A stretch of DNA of 64,000 nucleotides from NCBI GenBank assembly GCA_019637355.1, contig JAHBVT010000001.1:1145192-1209191 (forward strand). Reading direction: 5' to 3'. Each line of letters opens with the position of its first letter. Within the stretch, counting starts at the first letter, position 1. Positions 47,693-55,971 of the stretch are shown here, one piece after another. The notes under the pieces are model-generated. The model was not told the origin of the DNA. It worked only from the letters and a program-made list of their open reading frames with translations, and did not search any database. The position numbers and the translations under genes are program-made. The stretch is from Gemmatimonadaceae bacterium (GTDB lineage Bacteria > Gemmatimonadota > Gemmatimonadetes > Gemmatimonadales > Gemmatimonadaceae).

Positions 47693-47760
47693 GGGATCAC
47701 AGCACGCCCTTCGGGGCCTGACCTCTGCGCGCACGGCCCCTACGGGCGTGCTGTGCTCCC
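47693..47760. repeat. REP-like palindrome, copy 4 (minus orientation)
   Basis: Arms GGGATCACAGCACGCCC / GGGCGTGCTGTGCTCCC around the reverse-complement core. Confidence 0.82.
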
Positions 47761-47825
47761 AAGCCTGAGTTGCTCTCGCCTGGCCGGAGATATTTCCTGC
47801 CGCCCCTCTCAAGCCTCGGCGCGGT

Positions 47826-47893
47826 GGGAGACCGCGGCGTCCGAAGGGGCCGTGCGCGAAGCGGTCAGGCCCCGCAGGACGTCGCGGGCTCCC
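47826..47893. repeat. REP-like palindrome, copy 5 (plus orientation; inverted doublet with copy 4)
   Basis: Arms GGGAGACCGCGGCGTCC / GGACGTCGCGGGCTCCC around the conserved core. Confidence 0.82.
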
Positions 47894-47979
47894 GCCGCTC
47901 GCGCGAAAGCGAAAGCCCAGCCGTACAGAGCGGGCTGACCCAGCTCGCGCCGAGCGAGCGATGCGCCCAACTTGTGCCG

Positions 47980-48906
47980 ATGCACGCCCAGCCTTCCAGG
48001 CAACTCGTCGTTGCCGTCCTTGCACTCGCGGTGCTCGGGATCTCCATCTCCGGCCCGCTCGCGCGGCTCGCCGACGCGCCACCGCTCGCGATCGCCGTGT
48101 GGCGCCTCGCGCTCTCGCTCTGCATCGTCGCCGTGCCGTTGCTCGGCACCGGCCGTTGGCGCGAGTGGCGCGGGCTCGCCGGGCGCGACCTCGCCATCGC
48201 GATGGGCGCCGGGGCCTTCCTCGCGCTGCACTTCTGGAGCTGGATCGCCTCGCTCGGCCTCACCAGCGTCGCCGCCAGCGTGCTGCTCGTGAACCTGCAT
48301 CCTGTCGTCATCGTGATCGGCTCGGCGCTGTGGCTGCGCGAGCATCCGACGCGCACGCAGCTGATCGGCATCGGCATCGCCGTCGTCGGCGCCGCATACG
48401 TCGCACTCGGCGGCGCGGCGAGTGATGTGGCGCTCGGCGACGCGACGCTCGCCCGCGCCACTCTCGGCAACGGCCTCGCCCTGCTCGGCGCCGTCACCGT
48501 CGGTCTCTACTACCTCGCCGGCCGCAGTCTCCGCCAACGCCTCTCGCTGTGGCCGTACGTCGGACTCGTGTACGGCTGCTGCCTCGTCGTGCTGCTCCTG
48601 CTCGCCGCGTTCACCCGCACGGCGCTCTGGCCCTTCGCGCCGCGCGAACTCACGCTCTTCGCGCTCATTGCCTTCGGCCCGATGCTCGCCGGCCACACCG
48701 GATTCAACTGGGCGCTGCGGTATGTGCCGGCGTATGTGGTGAGTCTGTGTCTGCTGGCGGAGCCGGTGGGGGCGGGGCTGATTGCGGCGGTGATGCCGGG
48801 GGTGCGGGAGGTGCCGGCGGGGTCCGTCGTGGTGGGAGGGGTTGTGGTGCTCTTGGGGGTTGGGGTCGGGTTGTACGCTGGGAAACGGGAGGCGGGAGGG
48901 GGGTGA
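47980..48906 (+). CDS. DMT/EamA-family transporter
   Basis: Ten TM segments; motifs FLALHFWSWIASL, SVAASVLLVNLHP, GHTGFNWAL, EPVGA. Confidence 0.92.
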   Translation: MHAQPSRQLVVAVLALAVLGISISGPLARLADAPPLAIAVWRLALSLCIVAVPLLGTGRWREWRGLAGRDLAIAMGAGAFLALHFWSWIASLGLTSVAASVLLVNLHPVVIVIGSALWLREHPTRTQLIGIGIAVVGAAYVALGGAASDVALGDATLARATLGNGLALLGAVTVGLYYLAGRSLRQRLSLWPYVGLVYGCCLVVLLLLAAFTRTALWPFAPRELTLFALIAFGPMLAGHTGFNWALRYVPAYVVSLCLLAEPVGAGLIAAVMPGVREVPAGSVVVGGVVVLLGVGVGLYAGKREAGGG

Positions 48907-49050
48907 CGGCAGGGAGATGGGAGACGAGAGAGGGCCGGGTCAGGGGAGAGGGTCGGGAGAAGGGCTCCTCTCCCGACCTTCTGCCATCTCTCAGCCATCT
49001 CCCCTGTCCCACCTCCCCGCCATCACCCACCTCACCGTCTCCCCTCTACC
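48882..49050. repeat. GA/CT long palindromic element
   Basis: Purine arm gggaggcgggaggggggtgacggcagggagatgggagac...; pyrimidine arm ...ccatctcccctgtcccacctccccgccatcacccacctc. Confidence 0.85.
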
Positions 49051-49062
49051 TTTATCGGACCA

Positions 49063-50376
49063 ATGATTAAGCCTCCCGCCTCCGTGCAATCCCTGACGCG
49101 CACCCTCGAACAGGCCGGCCACGCCGCCTGGTGCGTCGGCGGCGCCGTGCGTGATGCCCTCCTTGGCATCGAGACGCTCGACTGGGATCTCGCCACAAGC
49201 GCGCGGCCGGAGCAGGTGCAGAAGCTCTTCAAGCGCACCATCCCCGTCGGCATTCAGTTCGGCACGGTCGGCGTGCTCGATCGCGATGGCGTGTTGCACG
49301 AGGTCACGACCTTCCGGCACGATGTCGAGACAGACGGCCGGCACGCGGTGGTGAAATTCGGCGCCTCGCTCGAGGAAGATCTCGCGCGCCGCGACTTCAC
49401 CATCAATGCGATCGCGGTGCACGCCGAGCGTCTTGAGATGCGCGATCCCTTCGATGGGCGCGGCGACCTGGAGCGACGCGTCGTGCGCTGCGTGGGTGAT
49501 GCCGCCGAGCGGATGCGTGAGGATCGGCTGCGCGCGCTGCGGGCGCTGCGATTCGCTGGGCGCTTCGACTTCAGCATCGAGCCCGCGACCTGGAGCGCCA
49601 TCGTCGAGAGCGCGCCGCATCTCGGGCGGCTGTCGATGGAGCGCGTGAAGCAGGAGCTTGAGAAAGTGATGGAGCAGGTGGCGCGCCCCGCCGCGACGAT
49701 AGAGCGCTATCGCGAGGCCGGCATCCTCCGTGCGCTGGTGCCCGCCATCGCCGATGCGCCCGCCGCGCGCTTCGCCGCGCTCGATTACCTCGCGCGCCCC
49801 GGCCTCACGCGGCGTCCCGACCGCCGGATGCTGCGTCTCGCAGCGCTGTTCATCGAACCCGGCGTGACGCCGCCCAAGCAGCTCGAGGCCACGCTCAAGG
49901 CCCTCAAATTCAGCAACGTCGAAGCCCGCGCCGCTGTGACGCTCGCCGAGGCCGCCGGCCGCGTGAGTCTCGCGCGCCTGCGCGAACTCGCGGCGGCGCT
50001 GCAGCAGTCCGCCACCGCGCCCACTAGCGAAGCGGCAGTCGAGCTGCGCAAGATCATCGCGCAGGCCGGTCGCCTGATGGTCCCCGGCCTCACGCGCATC
50101 CTGTGGGCGCGCGCCAAGGCCGAGGGCGCCACCGCCGCCGACGGACTCGCCGGACTCGGCCTCTACCGCCGCGCGCTGCGCAGCGCCTTCACCGACCCCC
50201 TCAGCATCGCCGACCTCGCCGTCGACGGCGAGGACCTGCAATCGGCAGGCATCCCCCCCGGCAAGCCACTCGGCGACGCGCTCAAGGCGCTGCTCGAGTG
50301 GGTGCTCCAGGACCCCTCGCGCAACCAGCGCGATGAACTGCTCGCGCGCGCGAGGGAACTCGCGAGCGCGAAATAG
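49063..50376 (+). CDS. cca: CCA tRNA nucleotidyltransferase
   Basis: Motifs VGGAVRDALLG, DWDLAT, EVTTFR, DLARRDFTINA, EDRLRALRALRF. Confidence 0.9.
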   Translation: MIKPPASVQSLTRTLEQAGHAAWCVGGAVRDALLGIETLDWDLATSARPEQVQKLFKRTIPVGIQFGTVGVLDRDGVLHEVTTFRHDVETDGRHAVVKFGASLEEDLARRDFTINAIAVHAERLEMRDPFDGRGDLERRVVRCVGDAAERMREDRLRALRALRFAGRFDFSIEPATWSAIVESAPHLGRLSMERVKQELEKVMEQVARPAATIERYREAGILRALVPAIADAPAARFAALDYLARPGLTRRPDRRMLRLAALFIEPGVTPPKQLEATLKALKFSNVEARAAVTLAEAAGRVSLARLRELAAALQQSATAPTSEAAVELRKIIAQAGRLMVPGLTRILWARAKAEGATAADGLAGLGLYRRALRSAFTDPLSIADLAVDGEDLQSAGIPPGKPLGDALKALLEWVLQDPSRNQRDELLARARELASAK

Positions 50377-50491
50377 CACACCTGGGCGGGAGTCGCGCGA
50401 GCAAAGCAGCAGCAGCAGCGCGCGAAGGGAAGGAGTAGCCCACGACGAGCCTGCGGGCAGGGTAGCGTAGCGCCCAAGCCTGCAAGCGAAG

Positions 50492-50553
50492 GAGACCCCA
50501 CGCCCGTAGGGGCCGTGCGCGAAGAGGTCAGGCCCCGAAGGGCGTGGGGTCTC
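50492..50553. repeat. REP-like palindrome, copy 6
   Basis: Arms GAGACCCCACGCCC / GGGCGTGGGGTCTC around GTAGGGGCCGTGCGCGAAGAGGTCAGGCCCCGAA. Confidence 0.85.
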
Positions 50554-50622
50554 GTGAGCGCCCAGCGCCGAGAAGTGGGGTCTCGTGAGCGCCCAGCGCC
50601 GAGAAGTGGGGTCTCGTGAGCG
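50544..50622. repeat. 31-bp tandem repeat (2.5 copies) starting in the REP right arm
   Basis: GTGGGGTCTCGTGAGCGCCCAGCGCCGAGAA twice, plus GTGGGGTCTCGTGAGCG. Confidence 0.9.
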
Positions 50623-50659
50623 ACCCCCTCTCCCCGCGCGCCGCATTACCTTGCGAGCA

Positions 50660-51658
50660 ATGCACGCGCTCAGCCTCGATGTCGAGATCACCCGCGGCGA
50701 GACCGTCGAGTCGCGCCACCGCGTTCACGCCGCCGTGATCGGCGCCGACGACGTCCTGATCGCCGCCGCCCGCGACTCCGCGCTCGTTTCGATGTGGCGC
50801 TCCTGCGCCAAGCCCTTCCAAGTCCTTCCGCTGCTCGCCAGCGGCGGCTTCGAGCAGCTCGGCTGGGGCCACGAAGAACTCGCCCTCGCCTGCGCCTCCC
50901 ACGGCGCCGAGCCCGAGCACGTTGCCGTCGCCTCGCGGATGCTCTCTAGCCTCGGTCTCGAAGAAGGCGACCTCGCCTGCGGTCCGCACGAACCTCTCTC
51001 GCAGCGCGGCGCCCGTCTGCTACGCGAGAGCGGCGCCGCACCGACGCGCCTGCACAACAACTGCTCCGGCAAGCACGCCGCGATGCTCGCGCGCGCCAAG
51101 ACCGCCGGTTGGTCCATCAAGGGCTACGAGCAGAGCGATCACCCCGTCCAGCTCAGCTGCCTCGGCGAGGTCTCGGCGTGGAGCGGCATCCCGCTCGATG
51201 ATATGCCGCTCGGCGTGGACGGCTGCGGCGTCGCGGTGATGGCGTTGCCGCTGGACCGGATGGCCCTCGCCTACGCGCGTTGGGGTCGCGCGGTGTACGC
51301 CGGCGACGAACTCCCGGCGCGCACCGCGGCTGCCATCCGCAAGCATCCGCACTTGCTCGGCGGCACCGATCGCTTCGACACCGTGATGCTCGAGGAGACC
51401 AAGGGCGGCGTGATCACGAAGGTCGGCGCCGAGGGCGTGCACTCGGTGGCCGTGCCGTCGCTGGGCATCGGGATGGCGATCAAGGTCGAGGACGGCGCGC
51501 AGCGGGCGCAGTATGTCGCGGTGCTGCGCGCGCTGCAGCAGCTGAGCGTGTTGCCGAGCGAGTTGCCGCCGCGTTTGGCGGAGTTCGTGGAGCGCCAGGT
51601 GAAGAATACGCGCGGGGAGGTCGTGGGCAGCGTGCGAAGCCGTGGGGCGACGGCGTGA
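50660..51658 (+). CDS. L-asparaginase II-family protein
   Basis: Motifs RSCAKPFQ, ACASHGAE, HNNCSGKHA, GVDGCG, KVGAEG. Confidence 0.92.
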   Translation: MHALSLDVEITRGETVESRHRVHAAVIGADDVLIAAARDSALVSMWRSCAKPFQVLPLLASGGFEQLGWGHEELALACASHGAEPEHVAVASRMLSSLGLEEGDLACGPHEPLSQRGARLLRESGAAPTRLHNNCSGKHAAMLARAKTAGWSIKGYEQSDHPVQLSCLGEVSAWSGIPLDDMPLGVDGCGVAVMALPLDRMALAYARWGRAVYAGDELPARTAAAIRKHPHLLGGTDRFDTVMLEETKGGVITKVGAEGVHSVAVPSLGIGMAIKVEDGAQRAQYVAVLRALQQLSVLPSELPPRLAEFVERQVKNTRGEVVGSVRSRGATA

Positions 51659-52275
51659 GCGACGCACTCACGCCCGAGGTCGCCGCCTTGGTGCGCCTCT
51701 CCGCGCGAATCGCGATCGGCAGCGAGTTCGAGATCCGCGCCGGCTGCGCCGAGGTCGTCGCCGCCGAGGTGCCGACGCCGTGGGTGGAGGAGTGCATCCT
51801 CCAGAGCTACCTGATGGCCGGCTTCCCGCGCACGCTCAACGCGATGCGCGAGTGGCGCCGCGTCAGCGGCGTCGAGGCCCCGGAGCCTGAAGAGATTCCC
51901 GAGCCGAGCCTGTGGCGCTGGCGTCAGCAGGGAGAACAGACCTGCGAGATCGTCTACGGCAAGTTCTACACGAAGCTCCGCGAGAACATCGCGCATCTGC
52001 ATCCCGCACTCGACGAGTGGATGATCGTCGAAGGCTACGGCAAGATCCTCTCGCGCCCGGGCTTAGAGCTCAAGCTACGCGAGCTCTGCATCGTCGCCGC
52101 CTGCGCCGCGATGGGGCAGGACCGGCAACTGCACTCGCATCTGCACGGCGCGGTGAACGCGGGGGCGACAGGCGCGGAGGTCGCGGGGACGCTCGCGGCG
52201 ATTGAGGGGCTGGTCGAGGAGGCGCATCTGTTGCGCGCTCGACTGCTGTGGGCGCGGGTTCACGGAAAGGCTTGA
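51655..52275 (+). CDS. Carboxymuconolactone decarboxylase (AhpD-like) family protein
   Basis: Motifs YGKILSRPGL, RELCIVAACA, QLHSHLHGAVNAGAT. Confidence 0.88.
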   Translation: MSDALTPEVAALVRLSARIAIGSEFEIRAGCAEVVAAEVPTPWVEECILQSYLMAGFPRTLNAMREWRRVSGVEAPEPEEIPEPSLWRWRQQGEQTCEIVYGKFYTKLRENIAHLHPALDEWMIVEGYGKILSRPGLELKLRELCIVAACAAMGQDRQLHSHLHGAVNAGATGAEVAGTLAAIEGLVEEAHLLRARLLWARVHGKA

Positions 52276-52278
52276 ACG

Positions 52279-52470
52279 GGCGGGGAGGAGGGAGGGGGAG
52301 AGGAGGGAGAGGGCGGGGAGAGGGGAGAAGGACGATGGCTGAGAGACGGCAGAAGGTCGGGAGATGGGCGCCCTCTCCCAACCATCCGCCCTCTCCCAAC
52401 CATCTCCCCTCTCCCAACCATCTCCCCTCTCCCGTCCACCCGCCGTCACCCACCTCCCATCTCCCAGCTC
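52279..52470. repeat. GA/CT long palindromic element
   Basis: Right arm has tandem CTCTCCCAACCATCTCCC units and ccgccgtcacccacctccc. Confidence 0.85.
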
Positions 52471-52533
52471 CCAGCCGTCGAGCGCAACGAATCGATGCTG
52501 CCGCCGCCGTGAACCCGCTAGATTTCCCAGCCA

Positions 52534-53544
52534 ATGTTTATAGACCTAGTGACCGCCCGAGTCACCGCCGGCACCGGCGGCTCCGGCTGCACGTCGTTCC
52601 GCCGCGAGAAGTTCGCGCCGATGGGCGGGCCGGACGGCGGTGACGGAGGCAAGGGCGGCGATGTCATCGTCCGCGGCGACGCCAACCTGAGCACGCTGCT
52701 CGACTTCACCTACCGCGACCACTGGGAAGCGGAGCGCGGCGAGCACGGGATGGGGTCGAACAAGACCGGCCGCTCGGGCAAGGATGTCGTCCTGCCGGTG
52801 CCGCCTGGCACGGTCATCCGCGACCGCGACACGGGACTGCGACTCGGGGAGATCCTCGAGCACGGGCAGGAGATGGTCGTCGCCAAGGGCGGCCGCGGCG
52901 GACGCGGGAACACGTTCTTCGCCACCGCGACGCACCAGGCGCCGCGCGAGTGGCAGCCCGGCGAGGAAGGCGAGGTGCGCACGCTCGAACTCGAGCTCAA
53001 GCTCATCGCCGACATCGGCCTCGTCGGTCAGCCAAATGCCGGCAAGAGCACGCTGCTGAGCGTCATCTCGGCGGCCCGCCCCAAGATCGCCGACTACCCC
53101 TTCACGACCCTCGCCCCCAACCTCGGCGTCGTGCAGCTATCGGATTCGCGAACGTTCGTGGTCGCGGACATTCCCGGAATCATTGAAGGGGCACATACCG
53201 GCAAGGGCCTCGGGCTCCAGTTCCTGCGGCACATCGAGCGCACGCGCATCCTCGCCTTCCTGATCCCCATCGACGCGATGGACTGGCAGGCCGAGTACGA
53301 CCAGCTGCGCAGCGAGGTCCGCAGCCACTCCGAGGAGCTGGCCCGCAAGCCGCACTGCGTGGTCTTCACCAAGCTCGACCTGCTCGGTGAGGACTATGTA
53401 CCTGAGATCGAGGCGCCGGAGGCGTTCGGAGTGTGGTCCATCTCCGCTGCCGGCCGGATTGGGCTGGACCAGCTCAAGGCCAACTGGTGGAGCCGGCTCC
53501 TAGAGCTCCGGAAGGCCGCCGGCCTAGTGCCCACCGAGGGCTGA
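52534..53544 (+). CDS. obgE: GTPase ObgE
   Basis: Motifs GGPDGGDGGKGG, LELKLIADIGLVGQPNAGKST, YPFTTL, DIPG, TKLD. Confidence 0.97.
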   Translation: MFIDLVTARVTAGTGGSGCTSFRREKFAPMGGPDGGDGGKGGDVIVRGDANLSTLLDFTYRDHWEAERGEHGMGSNKTGRSGKDVVLPVPPGTVIRDRDTGLRLGEILEHGQEMVVAKGGRGGRGNTFFATATHQAPREWQPGEEGEVRTLELELKLIADIGLVGQPNAGKSTLLSVISAARPKIADYPFTTLAPNLGVVQLSDSRTFVVADIPGIIEGAHTGKGLGLQFLRHIERTRILAFLIPIDAMDWQAEYDQLRSEVRSHSEELARKPHCVVFTKLDLLGEDYVPEIEAPEAFGVWSISAAGRIGLDQLKANWWSRLLELRKAAGLVPTEG

Positions 53545-53548
53545 CGCG

Positions 53549-54496
53549 GTGCCTGCGGCGGCCCAGCGGACCCCTCGGTGGATCCCGGCTGCCGCCCTGC
53601 CTCAGCCCTTAAGCGATCTTTCGACACCACCGGCGGGATTGTGGTGCCTCGGGGACGCCGAGGGCGTCTTGGGCGAACCTGAGCGCCTCGTTTCGATTGT
53701 AGGGACCCGCGACGCCTCGGCCTACGGAGAGCGAATGGCCGCGCGGCTGGCGGCTGGGGCGGCCCGGGAGGGGCTCGTGGTGGTCAGCGGCTTGGCCCGG
53801 GGAATTGATGCCGTGGCGCACCGGGCGGCTATCGAGGCAGGCGGCCGGACTGTGGCCATCCTGGGTACCGGAGTCGACGTACCGTACCCAGCAGGTCATC
53901 GGGCCCTGCACGAGCTTGTCCAAGACAATGGGGCCGTGCTATCCGAGATGGAGCCCGGTACGAGGGCCTTCCCAGGCTGCTTCCCGCGACGGAATCGGAT
54001 CATCGCGGCCCTGTCCAAAATGACCCTAGTGGTCGAGGCTGGGCACAAGTCCGGGGCGATGAACACGGCGAGGCTCGCCCACGACATCTACCGGACCATC
54101 GCGGCCGTCCCCGGGCAGGCCGACGACCCCCGGGCGATGGGCAGCAACCAGCTCCTGATGGACGGGGCCAGCCTTGTCCGGGATGTGGAAGATCTGTTGA
54201 TTGCCTTTGGGTTATCCACATCGAGGCTGCACAAAGGAGATCAATTGGATGCCGACCGGGCTGGTGTAAGAATCCCCGTACACCCAGATGACCTCGTAAT
54301 CCTACGAGCCCTCGGCGGGGCGGCGGTCCCGGCCCAAGCGCTCGCGGAAAGAGTTGGTATGTCAGTACGGCAGGTATCTGAGAGGCTGCTAAGGCTGGAG
54401 CTATGCGGCCTGGCCGTGGTGGAGGGTGGGGGCTACCGGGCCGGTGATCCGCGCGTCGCAGTAAGGCTACAGCAACACGCCAGCACTGGCGCGTGA
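53549..54496 (+). CDS. dprA: DNA-processing protein DprA
   Basis: Motifs SIVGTR, VVSGLARGIDA, ILGTGVD, FPRRNRIIA, EAGHKSGA. Confidence 0.93.
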   Translation: MPAAAQRTPRWIPAAALPQPLSDLSTPPAGLWCLGDAEGVLGEPERLVSIVGTRDASAYGERMAARLAAGAAREGLVVVSGLARGIDAVAHRAAIEAGGRTVAILGTGVDVPYPAGHRALHELVQDNGAVLSEMEPGTRAFPGCFPRRNRIIAALSKMTLVVEAGHKSGAMNTARLAHDIYRTIAAVPGQADDPRAMGSNQLLMDGASLVRDVEDLLIAFGLSTSRLHKGDQLDADRAGVRIPVHPDDLVILRALGGAAVPAQALAERVGMSVRQVSERLLRLELCGLAVVEGGGYRAGDPRVAVRLQQHASTGA

Positions 54497-54549
54497 GCTG
54501 TTTCGACTCGATCAAGAGGTCGGCGATACCTGCCCAGTAAGGCCCTCTG

Positions 54550-54650
54550 AATGACTCCACATATTATCGTAAGTATCGCATTAACTAACCACGTTAAGAT
54601 ATTGAAAAATAAGGATATGATAATTTACTTTAAGTTATTATCATTCCGTG
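54550..54650. promoter_or_regulatory. Strongly AT-rich intergenic tract of unknown function
   Basis: acatattatcgtaagtatcgcattaactaaccacgttaagatattgaaaaataaggatatgataatttactttaagttattatcatt, with an imperfect GATAAT-N12-ATTATC inverted repeat. Confidence 0.45.
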
Positions 54651-54711
54651 GATTGGCGTCCAGTGCGAATGTCAGAGGGGTGGCGATGGCTCACCTGCTC
54701 CGGTCCGGCCG

Positions 54712-55938
54712 TTGACCTCCTGGCCTCACCTCTACCTGCACGTACCGTTCTGCGGGCGTCGCTGCTCCTACTGCGACTTCGCGATTGCCGTGCGGCGGGA
54801 GGTTCCGGTCTCCGAGTTCATTGACGCCATAATGGCTGAGTTCGTCACGCGCCGGATTTCGCTCAACGCCGGCCTACTCAGGACCATCTATTTCGGCGGC
54901 GGGACGCCATCCAAGCTCGGCGGAGAAGGAGTCGCCAGACTTCTCCACGGAATTCGCGAACTGGCCGGTGTTGGCAAGTTTTCCACATCCGTGGACGCCC
55001 TCGAGATCACCATCGAGGCCAATCCCGAGGACGTTTCGGCGGAATCTGCCGCGGCCTGGGTGGCTGCGGGGGTGAACCGGGTGTCGCTGGGGGTCCAGAG
55101 CTTCGAGCCAGCCGTGCTTCAATGGATGCACCGGGAGCACCCCCCGACCCGGGCCGCCGAGGCCGTCCGCGAGCTCAGGGCGGCTGGGGTGCAGGAGATC
55201 TCCGCAGACCTCATATTCTCGGTCCCGGAGGCACTGGGCAGAAGTTGGACAACCGATCTCGAGCGGGTCCTAGAGTTGGACGTCGAACACCTCTCCCTGT
55301 ACGGCCTGACCGTCGAACCCAAGACCCCGCTAGGCCGTTGGACCGCCCGCGGCGAGGTGCAGGAGGCGCCCGAGGAGCGTTACGAAGCCGAGTTCCTCGA
55401 GGCCCACGAGCGCTTGGGCGAGGCCGGGTACGAACATTACGAGGTCTCCAACTACGCCCGTCCTGGCAAGCGGGCCCGGCACAACTCGGCGTACTGGACG
55501 GGGGCTTCGTATCTCGGGATTGGGCCCTCGGCGCACGGGTTTGACGGGAGGGAGCGGCGCTGGAACCTGCCGGCCTACGCGGAGTGGCTTCGGGAGGTGC
55601 GGGCGGGGCGGGATCCGGTGGGCGGGCGGGAGGTGCTCGGAGGTCAGAAGCTGGGCGGGGGGAAGGAACTGGCCGGGGGCCACGATCCAACCCTAGGAAA
55701 GGAGCCCGTCCGGACCGCGGGCTCCTCGCGTCCTCCCCAGACGGGTCTCGAACCCGCCGAGCGGATCTACCTCGGACTCCGCACAATCGACGGGCTGCCT
55801 ATCCGTGAAAACGAACTAAAGAAGGTTACTTCGTGGATCGGCGAAGGCTGGGCTACTCTCGACGGCGACCGACTTCGGCTCACGCCGCGGGGCTGGCTAC
55901 GCCTCGACGCGCTCGCCGCCGCGCTCCTCGACGCTTGA
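54712..55938 (+). CDS. hemW: Radical SAM heme chaperone HemW
   Basis: Motifs HLYLHVPFCGRRCSYCDF, IYFGGGTPS, EANP, RVSLGVQSF, HYEVSNY, YLGIGPSAH. Confidence 0.93.
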   Translation: MTSWPHLYLHVPFCGRRCSYCDFAIAVRREVPVSEFIDAIMAEFVTRRISLNAGLLRTIYFGGGTPSKLGGEGVARLLHGIRELAGVGKFSTSVDALEITIEANPEDVSAESAAAWVAAGVNRVSLGVQSFEPAVLQWMHREHPPTRAAEAVRELRAAGVQEISADLIFSVPEALGRSWTTDLERVLELDVEHLSLYGLTVEPKTPLGRWTARGEVQEAPEERYEAEFLEAHERLGEAGYEHYEVSNYARPGKRARHNSAYWTGASYLGIGPSAHGFDGRERRWNLPAYAEWLREVRAGRDPVGGREVLGGQKLGGGKELAGGHDPTLGKEPVRTAGSSRPPQTGLEPAERIYLGLRTIDGLPIRENELKKVTSWIGEGWATLDGDRLRLTPRGWLRLDALAAALLDA

Positions 55939-55970
55939 CTTGTATGCCAAGTCCTTTCTAATCTTGGACT
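55936..55970 (+). promoter_or_regulatory. Probable leaderless promoter of hrcA
   Basis: TTGACT at 55936-55941, TAATCT at 55959-55964, ATG 7 nt later; inverted repeat AAGTCC-N11-GGACTT. Confidence 0.5.
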
Positions 55971-55971
55971 T

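Noticed and set aside
54572-54602. dif site in the AT-rich tract
   Set aside because: It resembles the XerC/XerD arms only loosely, and the TTATGTTAAAT-like arm is not matched.
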